The notes under the pieces: generated by a model | What the model saw: the letters and a program-made list of their open reading frames with translations, nothing else | The model's database searches: none | Told to the model about the DNA's origin: nothing | Origin: Nitrosopumilus sp. | Lineage (GTDB): Archaea; Thermoproteota; Nitrososphaeria; Nitrososphaerales; Nitrosopumilaceae | NCBI GenBank assembly: GCA_965214775.1 | Contig: OZ243974.1 | Location: forward strand, 928,001 to 992,000 | Length of the DNA stretch: 64,000 nt | Direction of reading: 5' to 3' | Shown: piece after piece, positions 10,331 to 19,902 of the stretch | Position numbering within the stretch: the first letter of the stretch is position 1 | How the letters are laid out: every line of letters begins with the position of its first letter | Program-made: the position numbers and the translations under genes

Positions 10331-10609
10331 ATGCAAAAGCAAGAAAATCCGACATATCTCAAAGCAGTTACAATTAGGGAGGTCAGTGATGTCTATTCAA
10401 TCAAGGAGGATATCAAAAAAGACATGATTTTGATTCTCAGGGTTACGCCGCTGGCACAAAAGGATGTTGAGCAGCTCAGAAAGGTGGTTGAAGAACTGTA
10501 TTCTATTGCAAAAACTGCTGGTGCAGACATAGCTAGATTGGGGGAGGAAAGAATCATCGTAGCCCCGTCCGGCATAAAGATATGGAAGCCAGAATACGAT
10601 CTAAAATAA
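10331..10609 (+). CDS. sepF: Cell division protein SepF (archaeal type)
   Basis: IKEDIKKDMILIL...GADIARLGEERIIVAPSGIKI pattern. Confidence 0.78.
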   Translation: MQKQENPTYLKAVTIREVSDVYSIKEDIKKDMILILRVTPLAQKDVEQLRKVVEELYSIAKTAGADIARLGEERIIVAPSGIKIWKPEYDLK

Positions 10610-12538
10610 TTTTATTGCCTCTTGAATCTGGGGATAATGTGCAGGAACTCTGTGCATGCGTCTAATGTTCATTGCAAGGTTTTCGGATTTCTTACGTTCG
10701 CCGTGATTGACTAGCACCCTTCTAAGTTTTGGTCTGAGACGCTGTACAAAGGACATCAGCTGGTTGTAGTCGCTGTGGCCGCTGAATCCGTCTAGTTTTT
10801 CAACTCCGCAGTTTATTGTGACAACTTCCACCTTTCCCTCTTTTCCAAGCATTGAGACTTGTTTTGAGCCATCTAAAACCCGTCTTCCAAGAGTCCCGTT
10901 TACCTGGTAGGATACAAACAGGGCCTTGTTCTTTTTGTCAGGCGCAATATTTTTGAAATATTCCAAGACGGGGCCGCCTTCCAGCATTCCGGATGTAGCC
11001 AAAATAATACATGGCGAATCCTCCCTCATCGGTTCTTCCCTTGCATCTGCATGCTCAATGTTTGTGAAATATTCAGAATCAAACGGATTGTCGTCAGTTT
11101 CAAGAATCTTTTGTTTTAATTCCCTTGCCAGATATTCAGGATATGATTCATGGATTGCAGATGCCTCGGAGATCATTCCTTCTGTAAATACGGGCGCTTC
11201 AATCATTTGGCCAGATTTCATATAATGGTCAATTACCATCATCAGTTCTTGGGCACGTCCCACTGCAGGAATTGGAATCAGGACTTTGCCCCCATCTGCC
11301 AGTGTGTTGTTTACAGCATTGATGAAGGCAGATTCGACTTCCTGCCGACTGGGTTGGATGTCTTCCTTTAGGCCATAAGTGCTTTCAATAAGCAGCGTTT
11401 CGGCCCTTGGGAAGTTCCAACTGGCTGCCTCAAACAAAATGCTTTTTCCAAACTTGATATCGCCAGAATAAACAAAATTATGATCGCCATTTCCAATATG
11501 GAAGTGACATAAAGCAGAACCTAAGATGTGTCCGGCATTTGCAAGAACCAGCTTGATGTCAGGTGAGATGTCCGTTACAGTTCCATAAGGCAACGTAATG
11601 GTCTGTCTCATGATTTGTTTTACGTCGCGCTCAGAGTAAATCGGGGTTCTTCCTTGTGCGGCTGCGACTTTGATTGCGTCTAACTGAATCAAGTTCATCA
11701 TTGGCAGGGTGGGCTCGGTGCAATAGATTGGTCCCTTGTATCCGTATTTGCAAAGTGTTGGTAAAAAGCCGGTATGATCCAAGTGGGCATGCCCAATTAC
11801 AACTGCGTCAATTTCATCCAGAGTCATATTCAGGGAATCCAGTCTGGGAAATGCGTCCATGGGAGAGCGGGCGCCGGGATTGATTCCGCAGTCTATCAAA
11901 ATTTTGCTTTCCGGGGTCGAGAGAAGCAGCGAAGAGCGTCCAACCTGGCCAAATCCTCCCAGGGTGTACAATGAAACTTCAGTCCTTTGGGACAGTCTAG
12001 GTCGGAAGATTTCATCCCCGACTTGCTTGAGTTGCTTACTACGCTCAGATGAGGCCTGCTTGAGAGTGGCATTTATTGTTTGAATTGTACGGGAAGGGAC
12101 CGTGGTAGCCTTTCTGACTCGTAGCCTCCATCCTATTTTTGCAGTCACCTCTGTATGATTGAATTCTTTTGCATTCCGCTGCAACAGCCAAGGCCGCTTG
12201 GCTTCAATTGAGACCTCGCCTGTGGCAGTATCAAATATCGTTCCCTGCAGATTTGCATTTTTTGGAACGCATTCTGCTAGAATTTTTCTGGCCTGGTCTT
12301 CTGGTTTACGAATTGATTCGTCTGTTCTAACTACAATTCTTTTTTTAATTACATTTACAAGATTGGAGATTGTTTCATTGTTTTCCATCAGGTATCGCGG
12401 GGAACTTGTATACAGTGCAATTCTTGGCCCTTCATATTCAATTTTTGTAACGCTTGCTTCCTTGGGAATACTTTGCAGTATGGTGGCCATTATGTTTTGG
12501 CTTGAAGGTAATTCTTTGGATGGTTGTTTTCTTTGCAT
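10601..12538 (-). CDS. fttA: aCPSF1/FttA KH-domain beta-CASP ribonuclease (transcription termination factor)
   Basis: N-terminal KH region (IEYEGP), LGGFGQVGRS, HAHLDH, AGHILGS, ESTYG and FSGHSD; adjacent to proteasome beta. Confidence 0.95.
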   Translation of the reverse strand: MQRKQPSKELPSSQNIMATILQSIPKEASVTKIEYEGPRIALYTSSPRYLMENNETISNLVNVIKKRIVVRTDESIRKPEDQARKILAECVPKNANLQGTIFDTATGEVSIEAKRPWLLQRNAKEFNHTEVTAKIGWRLRVRKATTVPSRTIQTINATLKQASSERSKQLKQVGDEIFRPRLSQRTEVSLYTLGGFGQVGRSSLLLSTPESKILIDCGINPGARSPMDAFPRLDSLNMTLDEIDAVVIGHAHLDHTGFLPTLCKYGYKGPIYCTEPTLPMMNLIQLDAIKVAAAQGRTPIYSERDVKQIMRQTITLPYGTVTDISPDIKLVLANAGHILGSALCHFHIGNGDHNFVYSGDIKFGKSILFEAASWNFPRAETLLIESTYGLKEDIQPSRQEVESAFINAVNNTLADGGKVLIPIPAVGRAQELMMVIDHYMKSGQMIEAPVFTEGMISEASAIHESYPEYLARELKQKILETDDNPFDSEYFTNIEHADAREEPMREDSPCIILATSGMLEGGPVLEYFKNIAPDKKNKALFVSYQVNGTLGRRVLDGSKQVSMLGKEGKVEVVTINCGVEKLDGFSGHSDYNQLMSFVQRLRPKLRRVLVNHGERKKSENLAMNIRRMHRVPAHYPQIQEAIKLF

Positions 12539-12545
12539 TAAATCA

Positions 12546-13187
12546 CTAAAGTTCGATGACAGCTTTCTTTTGCTCATCGGTCAGAAGACGGAAGCCGTCT
12601 TTATCCATGATGGCGACGTTGATTCCGTCGCCCGTGCCAATATTTCTAACGATGGCAGCTTTTACTGCACGTAAAGCAATTTTCTTTGCCTCTTCTACGG
12701 TGAGGTCTTCTCTGTATTCGTCTTCAAGCAGGCCATAAGCAACAGGAGAGCCACTTCCCGTAGTAACGTATGATTTGCCTTCGACTGAGCCAAACATGTC
12801 AATGTTAAACAATGCAGGCCCTTGTGCGTCATAACCGCCAACCAAGATATCGGCCATGAATGGATAGCCCCTGTTTTGATGAAATATCAATGAACAAAGC
12901 CTTGCCAAAGAATGGATTGAGATGGGTCCTTGTTTTTCCACTCTGTGCAAGTTAGAATGATAGCGCAGGATATCGACGATGTTTTGTGCATCAGCCACTC
13001 CGCCGGCCAAGGTCAGACCGGCATGATGATCAATTTTTTGGATTTTCATGGTATTGTTATTTGCAATAAAATAACCCGCACTGGCTCGCATATCTGCACA
13101 TAGTACAACGCCATCTTTGGCCTTGATGCCTACTGTTGTAGTCCCGTGCAGAATTTTTTCTTCGACATTATTTGACAAAAAATACAC
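12546..13187 (-). CDS. psmB: Proteasome beta subunit
   Basis: HG|TTTVG propeptide cleavage site and TGSGS motif. Confidence 0.95.
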   Translation of the reverse strand: MYFLSNNVEEKILHGTTTVGIKAKDGVVLCADMRASAGYFIANNNTMKIQKIDHHAGLTLAGGVADAQNIVDILRYHSNLHRVEKQGPISIHSLARLCSLIFHQNRGYPFMADILVGGYDAQGPALFNIDMFGSVEGKSYVTTGSGSPVAYGLLEDEYREDLTVEEAKKIALRAVKAAIVRNIGTGDGINVAIMDKDGFRLLTDEQKKAVIEL

Positions 13188-13255
13188 CTATTAAGATAAA
13201 GTAGGTGGCATTCCACCCTTTTAAATAACTTTTTGATCCGTTGAAATCATAAATA

Positions 13256-14329
13256 ATGACAAAAAATCAAGATCGCATGCAATCATCACATACGATGGAA
13301 CTGCCTAGGCTCATAGAAATAGGCGAAAAAAACATTGCGGATTTTGGAAAGTTCTTAAAAAGGCTAGACAGGCCAAAAAAAGTTTCGTTGATTTCCGGAA
13401 CAAATGTTCAGAAAGTTTTAAGGAAAAAAATAGAAAAATCTCTCAATTCAAATAGGATTAAATTTATTTGGCATACCTCAGCTGACAATCAGATAGAATC
13501 GCTAAATCGGATTCAAAAAAACGTGAAAAAAGACAGGGCATGCCTGATAGCAGGGATTGGTGGCGGGAGATCTGTTGACGCTGCAAAGTTAATTGCCCAT
13601 AATTTGGAAACATCGTTTGTTAGTTTGCCGACTGCAGCATCCCATGATGGGATGGCAAGCCCGTTTGTTTCTGTCAAGAGTGACAAGCCTCATTCAATCG
13701 TAGCAACGGCCCCGATGGGGGTTTTTGTAGATATAGACATCATCAAAAAAGCACCAAAAAAATTGCTTGCAAGCGGATGCGGGGATTTGATTGCAAACAT
13801 TATTGCAGTTAAAGATTGGCAACTTGGCCACGAAAAGAAAAAAGAGTACTATGGAAGATATGCAGCAGACTTGGCTTTGATGAGTGCCAAGATAGTAATG
13901 GAAAACTCGCCAGAATTTGCAAAAAAAGGCTGTTGTCCGGATGCCAGAGTAATCGTCGAGGGATTAATCAGTGCAGGCGTTGCCTCGTGTATTGCAGGAA
14001 GTAGCAGGCCATGTTCTGGTGCAGAACACCTGTTCTCACACGCACTTGATAAAATCGCGCCAGGAATTGGATTACATGGTGAAAAGTGCGGGGTTGGTTC
14101 CATTTTGATTGGAAAACTACAGGGGCAGGATTGGAAAAAAATTGTCAAGACGTTAAAAAATGTCGGAGCACCGACAAACGCAAAGGAGATCGGATTGACT
14201 GAAGAAATGGTAATAAAGGCACTAACTATCGCACAAGACCTCAGGCCTGAGAGATATACGGTTTTAAAAGAGATCAAAATGACTGACAGGAAGGCACGAG
14301 ATCTTGCAAAGAGTACCAGAGTAATCTGA
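13256..14329 (+). CDS. egsA: sn-glycerol-1-phosphate dehydrogenase
   Basis: GIGGGRSVDAAK, PTAASHDG, SSRPCSGAEH and LHGEKCG motifs. Confidence 0.95.
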   Translation: MTKNQDRMQSSHTMELPRLIEIGEKNIADFGKFLKRLDRPKKVSLISGTNVQKVLRKKIEKSLNSNRIKFIWHTSADNQIESLNRIQKNVKKDRACLIAGIGGGRSVDAAKLIAHNLETSFVSLPTAASHDGMASPFVSVKSDKPHSIVATAPMGVFVDIDIIKKAPKKLLASGCGDLIANIIAVKDWQLGHEKKKEYYGRYAADLALMSAKIVMENSPEFAKKGCCPDARVIVEGLISAGVASCIAGSSRPCSGAEHLFSHALDKIAPGIGLHGEKCGVGSILIGKLQGQDWKKIVKTLKNVGAPTNAKEIGLTEEMVIKALTIAQDLRPERYTVLKEIKMTDRKARDLAKSTRVI

Positions 14330-14331
14330 GT

Positions 14332-15480
14332 TTAAGCGGTCTTTTCTTCTTCTGCTGTTGGGTTTTCAGCGGTCTTTTCTTCTTCTGCTGTTGGGTTTTC
14401 AGCGGTCTTTTCTTCTTCTGCTGTTGGGTTTTCAGCGGTCTTTTCTTCTTCTGCTGTTGGGTTTTCAGCGGTCTTTTCTTCTTCTGCTGTTGGGTTTTCA
14501 GCGGTCTTTTCTTCTTCTGCTGTTGGGTTTTCAGCGGTCTTTTCTTCTTCTGCTGTTGGGTTTTCAGCGGTCTTTTCTTCTTCTGCTGTTGGGTTTTCAG
14601 CGGTCTTTTCTTCTTCTGCTGTTGGGTTTTCAGCGGTCTTTTCTTCTTCTGCTGTTGGGTTTTCAGCGGTCTTTTCTTCTTCTGCTGTTGGGTTTTCAGC
14701 GGTCTTTTCTTCTTCTGCTGTTGGGTTTTCAGCGGTCTTTTCTTCTTCTGCTGTTGGGTTTTCAGCGGTCTTGTATTTCGTTTCTTGAGCTTGCTTGCTG
14801 ATATATGTCTCAACAAAACTTACTTTTTCAATTGTTGGAACAAATTTGAAAATATCAAGTTGGATAAAGTGTTTCATGGTTTGTAAATTAGGAGCACGCA
14901 AAATCTCTTCATGCACTAAAATGCTTACCTCTTTGTCTTTCAAATCAAATGAAATTTTAGAATCTTCCACTGGGAATCTGTTTTTTAGAATTCCATCAAC
15001 TTTGTCATTGGGCGAATCAAGTGATTTAATGACATTTACATCAAAGAGGATGGTTTTTCCTGCATGTTTGTGATTGTAATCTACTTGAACTCTGCCTGAA
15101 CCAATAAATCGGATAATTCCCTTTTTGTTATCTACTTCGATTGTATCTCCAACTGAAACTTTCTCTGCATCTTCGCCTAATTTTCTTATAGAAATCATTC
15201 TAATTTTACGAGAATCACGTGTGCCAAATCCTTTGTCAGGAGTTACTTCAACTGTAAGTTTATCGCCTACTGCAGTTTTTGCTAATGCCTCATCAAGACC
15301 TTGTAGGACAGGGTAAGAGATTTCGCCAATTGAAACTAGTTTTGGTTGATACTTTACATTTTCTTCATAAATTAAATTTTTTATTGCATCCTCCTCAATT
15401 GTTGTGTCAAACACTTTCTCACTATCTTTCACTTTTGCAGTGTAATCTACAAGGACAAGTGAACCTTTATCGAAAGTCAA
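14332..15480 (-). CDS. slyD: FKBP-type peptidyl-prolyl isomerase (long archaeal SlyD type) with acidic repeat tail
   Basis: VFDTT, GLDEAL, VTPDKGFG and VDYNHKHAGKT motifs; tail of (TAENPTAEEEK)x13. Confidence 0.9.
   Translation of the reverse strand: MTFDKGSLVLVDYTAKVKDSEKVFDTTIEEDAIKNLIYEENVKYQPKLVSIGEISYPVLQGLDEALAKTAVGDKLTVEVTPDKGFGTRDSRKIRMISIRKLGEDAEKVSVGDTIEVDNKKGIIRFIGSGRVQVDYNHKHAGKTILFDVNVIKSLDSPNDKVDGILKNRFPVEDSKISFDLKDKEVSILVHEEILRAPNLQTMKHFIQLDIFKFVPTIEKVSFVETYISKQAQETKYKTAENPTAEEEKTAENPTAEEEKTAENPTAEEEKTAENPTAEEEKTAENPTAEEEKTAENPTAEEEKTAENPTAEEEKTAENPTAEEEKTAENPTAEEEKTAENPTAEEEKTAENPTAEEEKTAENPTAEEEKTAENPTAEEEKTA
14335..14772. repeat. Perfect 33-bp tandem repeat, 13 units plus a partial unit, in coding sequence
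   Basis: Unit AGCGGTCTTTTCTTCTTCTGCTGTTGGGTTTTC with no spacers. Confidence 0.97.
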
Positions 15481-15609
15481 TGTGATCGGTCTCGAATTTC
15501 CTTATATTAAGTTAAACCTAGAAGCTCTACAATTGAGCCCGTAAAACCCGTAAAATTAGAAGGGACTGTTTTATCAAAATCTTGCATCGGAGATGAAGAA
15601 AATGGCAGT

Positions 15610-15689
15610 AGACTTTATGCGTAATCGACCTGAGTGAGATGAATTTGTTCGTAATAATCCCAGATCTGAACCGATTACGCATGAGGTCT
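15610..15689. mobile_element. MITE family G (80 bp), non-autonomous partner of the IS5/ISL2-type element
   Basis: Ends AGACTTTATGCGTAATCG / CGATTACGCATGAGGTCT match the IS ends at 46296, 47780, 48551 and 50085. Confidence 0.88.
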
Positions 15690-15803
15690 ATCGTGTCCAG
15701 AATGCCATCGTTTCAATCAGGAGAAGATCCATATTTCAGGTGTCGAAGATTGGACAGAACCGACGTAAGCAATACCTAAATAATCAATTGTTACATATAC
15801 AAC

Positions 15804-16227
15804 ATGAAGCAAGTCGATTGTGATTGGACAGAACAAGACACTGAAATTTGTGTTAGGGCAGAAAACAGTGGCATGGCCCTTAATGCAAAAACAAATGAAC
15901 CCTTAACATTACAGGAACTAGGGGTGCTGGCCTCATCATATGACAAGGTACGAGAAAACACTACAATAGATGTGTTTTTAAAAGACAAGATAAACTCAAT
16001 ACCGTTTGAGTTCTAGACGTTTCATCAAATTCTCGGTAGATTTTGCACGACAGTATCAGCTAGCTTGGTACAACCAACGTCCATTAATCGTCAGGTGTAT
16101 TGATGAGTTAGAGAGTGGAAATGTACGAATTGTAAATTGTCCAGGCGAAGATAGATCTTATTCCGAATATGCAAAATGCAGAGTGTATTTTAGAGATGAA
16201 ACTCTTCTCAGTATTGAGTTTGTATAA
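15804..16227 (+). CDS. Two overlapping small hypothetical ORFs (70 and 73 aa), possibly one frameshifted gene
   Basis: AT-rich ORFs 15804-16016 and 16006-16227; no recognised motif. Confidence 0.35.
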
Positions 16228-16243
16228 CAGAAGGAACTGGGCC

Positions 16244-16390
16244 CCTAGGCAGAGTTGAAGCCACGACCGCCTGCCGGACAGGCATGAAAACCACAGCTGC
16301 AGGCAGAATCGGCCCTGATAAGCGTGGACGGTACGAACAAGTGGAAGACGATAATCCAGAACGCCGGCCTGGGCAAGTACTCTGTCTAGG
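16244..16390. mobile_element. MITE family L carrying the 3' tip of a DDE (IS6-like) transposase
   Basis: Ends CCTAGGCAGAGT / ACTCTGTCTAGG; internal AESALISVDGTNKWKTIIQNAGL resembles archaeal DDE C-termini (TPAE.AGI..EG.NKW.T.IQNA). Confidence 0.6.
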
Positions 16391-16479
16391 CTAAATTTTC
16401 AATCAGGAGAAGATCCATATTTCAGGTGTCGAAGATTGCACAGAACCCGGTTGAGAAAAAGATAATTAAGATAAAATAA

Positions 16480-16758
16480 TTATGCGAGTAGTTTTGTTTG
16501 TAAATTACTTATTTTCATTGCGGGATAATATTGCATGAAATTAAATAGTCTAGATCTAATATCAGATTCAGATGTCGGTCTGTTACCAAATTCCATTGTG
16601 AAAGTTAGTGTTTGACCGGATTTACTTTCAGATGTTATATTAAGATCTGGATATTGTTGTGCCAATCTCATTTTCATAAGCCTGCCCCAATCACATGGTT
16701 TAACATCATTTCCAGTTTGGACATTGGACTCAACATCAAAGCTTACTGACACGTTCAT
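16480..16758 (-). CDS. Hypothetical protein (92 aa)
   Basis: ATG-started AT-rich ORF; no recognised motif. Confidence 0.5.
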   Translation of the reverse strand: MNVSVSFDVESNVQTGNDVKPCDWGRLMKMRLAQQYPDLNITSESKSGQTLTFTMEFGNRPTSESDIRSRLFNFMQYYPAMKISNLQTKLLA

Positions 16759-17056
16759 TTCAGATTAATAACCTCCTCCTCATCATCATCTGAATCAATT
16801 TATTACTTTTTCGTAGGAAAGGCATGACTAAAAAGACGATGGTGCTTTCAGATGACAAAGATTTTCTATATTCTTTCATGATGTTTCTAGACTTTATAAC
16901 AAAGGGCAATTTTCCAGATTTAAAGCACATGAGGTTTTTATGAACATCATTAATTATCGTAGGCAAAATATCATATGGTCTGGCTTGTGTGAACCAAGCT
17001 ACCAAAAAGTGAGAAATAATTTCCTAGGGAAAAATTGGGATTTGTCATAATGACTA

Positions 17057-17184
17057 GAGGTTGTCGCCTAATTCATAACAGCTCGGGCTCTGGAAGTTCA
17101 GGCATGAGTTTTTCTACTGGAATTTCGATCAAAATAGAATTCGTGCCTGAAATCAGAAACGGTTTTCAGAACCCGATCAGTCAT
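17057..17184. mobile_element. MITE E left end abutting a MITE A copy (17075-17184)
   Basis: GAGGTTGTCGCCTAATTC followed by ATAACAGCTCGGGCTCTGGAAG...CAGAACCCGATCAGTCAT. Confidence 0.78.
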
Positions 17185-17208
17185 AAAATATTGAGAATTA
17201 AGCTGACA

Positions 17209-18009
17209 CTAGTTCAACCCTTCTTCAACAGCCTTTAGCAGGTTAACAAACTGCGGGTGTTTTGTACTTGCACTGCCAACAAGAATGCCATCAACATTAT
17301 CTTGTCTGAGATAACCACGGACATTGTCTTCATTTACACTGCCCCCGTATAGTATACGGACGGTATCAGTTGTAGGTTCGCCAAGAATGTTATTCAAAAC
17401 ATGTCTTATAGATCCATGTATTTCATTAACAGAACTGGCATCCGGAGGAGATACCGGATTCTCTGAGCTTATAGCCCAGACGGGTTCATAAGCAATGCCT
17501 AGTCTGTCTTTTACCAAATCAGAAGGCAGGTCTTCCAAGGTTTCTGCCAATTGACTTTCTAGAATCTTGATTGTCTTGTTTTGATTCTTTTCTTCAAGAC
17601 TTTCTCCAATACACAGAATTATCTTCAATTTAGACTGAGTTAATGCAGCTTTTGCTTTTTCATGAATTAATTTGTCGGATTCACCTTTGTATTTGCGCAA
17701 CTCAGAGTGACCAAGAATTACATATGTACAACCAACATCATCTAACATTTCAGGTGTGATGTGACCCGTATATGCGCCATAACTACCAAGATCAACGTCT
17801 TGCCCGCTTAATTCAATATTAGTTCCGTTGACTGCATTGATTACAGGTATTAAGTGAAGAAATGATGGAGACAGTACTAGTTCACAATCATCTTTTTTTG
17901 TACTTTGTAGATTACGCCAATCGGCAATTTGTTTTGCAAGCTTTTGGGCACTTGCAGCATTCAGGTATGCCTTCCATGCGCCTACTACAATTTTTTTACG
18001 TTCTGCCAT
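17209..18009 (-). CDS. tpiA: Triosephosphate isomerase, bacterial/eukaryotic length type, divergent
   Basis: GAYTG, ILGHSELR, LCIGESLEE, IAYEPVWAI, ILYGGSV and DGILVGSAS motifs; 266 aa. Confidence 0.88.
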   Translation of the reverse strand: MAERKKIVVGAWKAYLNAASAQKLAKQIADWRNLQSTKKDDCELVLSPSFLHLIPVINAVNGTNIELSGQDVDLGSYGAYTGHITPEMLDDVGCTYVILGHSELRKYKGESDKLIHEKAKAALTQSKLKIILCIGESLEEKNQNKTIKILESQLAETLEDLPSDLVKDRLGIAYEPVWAISSENPVSPPDASSVNEIHGSIRHVLNNILGEPTTDTVRILYGGSVNEDNVRGYLRQDNVDGILVGSASTKHPQFVNLLKAVEEGLN

Positions 18010-18311
18010 TCAAATTACCTTGCTTACTTGATGTGAATCGAATGCCGAATTGAAGATATATAATTTACGAGAAAAACCACGGGATGGACTAGTAGTAGTG
18101 CCACCATATGATGGCATCTGCCCATATCAACAAGAGGGATTTGCTGTTTTGAATTGAGTCTAATTTGAGCTGTTTCAAATTAAGAACCGTTTTATGCGGC
18201 ATTTCTGGGAAGGTTGATTCTGGAACAAAATTTTCGTGTAAAAAATGCATGCTTTGCATTCTCCTGTTGCAGATTCGCACGTTCCCGTCTGCACTGCCAT
18301 CATAAGTCAAG

Positions 18312-18436
18312 TATAGCAACGGGTATAAGTCTTTGAGTCAAAGTAGGTCATAACTACACGTAAAAAACATCAATTATTTCTGCTCGTTGCTATAACTACA
18401 CGTAAAAAACATCAATTATTTCTGCTCGTTGCTATA
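18312..18436. mobile_element. MITE family C (79 bp, TA-flanked) with a tandem duplication of its last ~42 bp
   Basis: TA-TAGCAACG...CGTTGCTA-TA, then ACTACACGTAAAAAACATCAATTATTTCTGCTCGTTGCTATA repeated. Confidence 0.9.
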
Positions 18437-18445
18437 CATCTGCAA

Positions 18446-18536
18446 GTAAGAGTTTACCCCTCCCCCAAGATACGGCGTGGCAGGCGTGACCATGAAGGCT
18501 CCGGCCAGCAGTGCCGCCTGAGGGGTAAACTCTTAC
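18446..18536. mobile_element. MITE family B (91 bp, IS66-like GTAA..TTAC ends), intact
   Basis: 17-bp TIR GTAAGAGTTTACCCCTC; 9-bp duplication CATCTGCAA at 18437-45 and 18537-45. Confidence 0.95.
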
Positions 18537-18717
18537 CATCTGCAAAGACAGAGTATGAATATCTGTAGTTCCAAAATGCTGAAACGTTTGGATAGACTGC
18601 AGTCTGTCAAATATGTCACACTGCAAAACAACCAGTAACCACATAGGAATTGCCGGACTGGCTGTGACTTGCAGATCCTAACAGGAAGGAATCACTTGGG
18701 TATAAAATCAGCAGGAT

Positions 18718-19863
18718 CTAGAGGGCTTTGAGTTTTTCTTCGGCAGTTTTGAGTCCCGCTTGGGCATCTATATCATATCCCATCATTGCCAAGGTTGACG
18801 AGATTGCAGAGACGGTCCTCATTACATGGTACGGACTGACTTCACCCATACAGCCAACCCGGAAAACCTTGCCCTTAAGGTTCCCAAACCCGCCTGCAAC
18901 CAAAACTTTGAATTTGTCTGCAAGAGTATTTCTAAATGTCTTGTCTTCAAGACCGTCCAGGTAGTTTAACGCAACGATTGAAATTGAGCGATCTTCCTCT
19001 TTTGCAAACGGGGAAAGGCCCATTGCGCTTAGGCCCGAATACAAAGCGTCAGAACATACCTTGTGTCTGTTAAAGACATTTGGCAGTCCCTCCTCTAACA
19101 GGATGGACAGCGCTTCCCTGTATGCATAAAGCAACGGCAGTGCCGGTGTGAAAGGGGTATGCCTTTCTTCGTCATAATACTTGAAGTATCTTGCCAGGTT
19201 AAAGTACATCGTATTTGGGGGATTTTCAATCATGTATTTCTTGGCTTTGGCGCTGACAGAAATCGGCGAAATTCCCGGGGGTGCTGCAATGGCTTTCTGA
19301 GCGCCGGTCATGCATACGTCAACATTCCACTTGTCAACCGGAAGTGGCGCGCCGCCCAAAAGGGATACAGAATCAACCACATAAAATGCGTCATTTCTTG
19401 ATGTCAAATCAGACACCTTATCAAGATAGTTTACCATAGTGCCAGTCGATGTCTCGTTGTGAACAACGTAGAACGCCTTGACGTCCTTGTTATTGTCAAA
19501 TGCTTCCTTAACTTGATCAAATGTTGCGTTTTCACCCGGCGGAGTTTCAAGTTTTACGACGTTTGCGCCTTGTCCCTGGATTAACTGGGACAGCCTGTTA
19601 CTAAATTCGCCGTTTACAGGAATGATGACTTTGTCGCCTTTCTTGACAAGATTTACAACGCCGGCCTCAACTGCTCCGGTTCCCGATGCCGATAGCGCAA
19701 CAATATCATTTTTGGTTTCAAAGACTTGCCGGGTTTTGTCAACCACGTCGGTGTACAGTTCTACAAAATCATCACTACGGTGGTTAATGATCGGTGCAAG
19801 CATCGCCCTCATTACTCTATTAGGCACGTTTGTTGGGCCTGGAAGCATTGAAAGATATTCCAT
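18718..19863 (-). CDS. Class V PLP aminotransferase (serine-pyruvate/alanine-glyoxylate type)
   Basis: MLPGPT, VHNETSTG, VDSVS, TGAQKAIAAPPG and FRVGCMG motifs. Confidence 0.92.
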   Translation of the reverse strand: MEYLSMLPGPTNVPNRVMRAMLAPIINHRSDDFVELYTDVVDKTRQVFETKNDIVALSASGTGAVEAGVVNLVKKGDKVIIPVNGEFSNRLSQLIQGQGANVVKLETPPGENATFDQVKEAFDNNKDVKAFYVVHNETSTGTMVNYLDKVSDLTSRNDAFYVVDSVSLLGGAPLPVDKWNVDVCMTGAQKAIAAPPGISPISVSAKAKKYMIENPPNTMYFNLARYFKYYDEERHTPFTPALPLLYAYREALSILLEEGLPNVFNRHKVCSDALYSGLSAMGLSPFAKEEDRSISIVALNYLDGLEDKTFRNTLADKFKVLVAGGFGNLKGKVFRVGCMGEVSPYHVMRTVSAISSTLAMMGYDIDAQAGLKTAEEKLKAL

Positions 19864-19902
19864 GATTGTCTAGAGTAGCTAGCATGCGGGGTTTATTTAT
19901 AA

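Larger units (their letters stand above)
15711..16447. repeat. 51-bp direct repeats (15711-15761 and 16397-16447; right ends of MITE family I)
   Basis: TTTCAATCAGGAGAAGATCCATATTTCAGGTGTCGAAGATTG[G/C]ACAGAACC, one mismatch. Confidence 0.9.

Noticed and set aside
14335-14772. Possible CRISPR array
   Set aside because: Units are contiguous and identical with no spacers, lie in frame within slyD, and no cas genes are present.
14274-14816. Alternative-frame ORFs (RPLKTQQQKKK)n and (GFQRSFLLLLL)n
   Set aside because: They are by-products of a stop-free 33-bp repeat in other frames.
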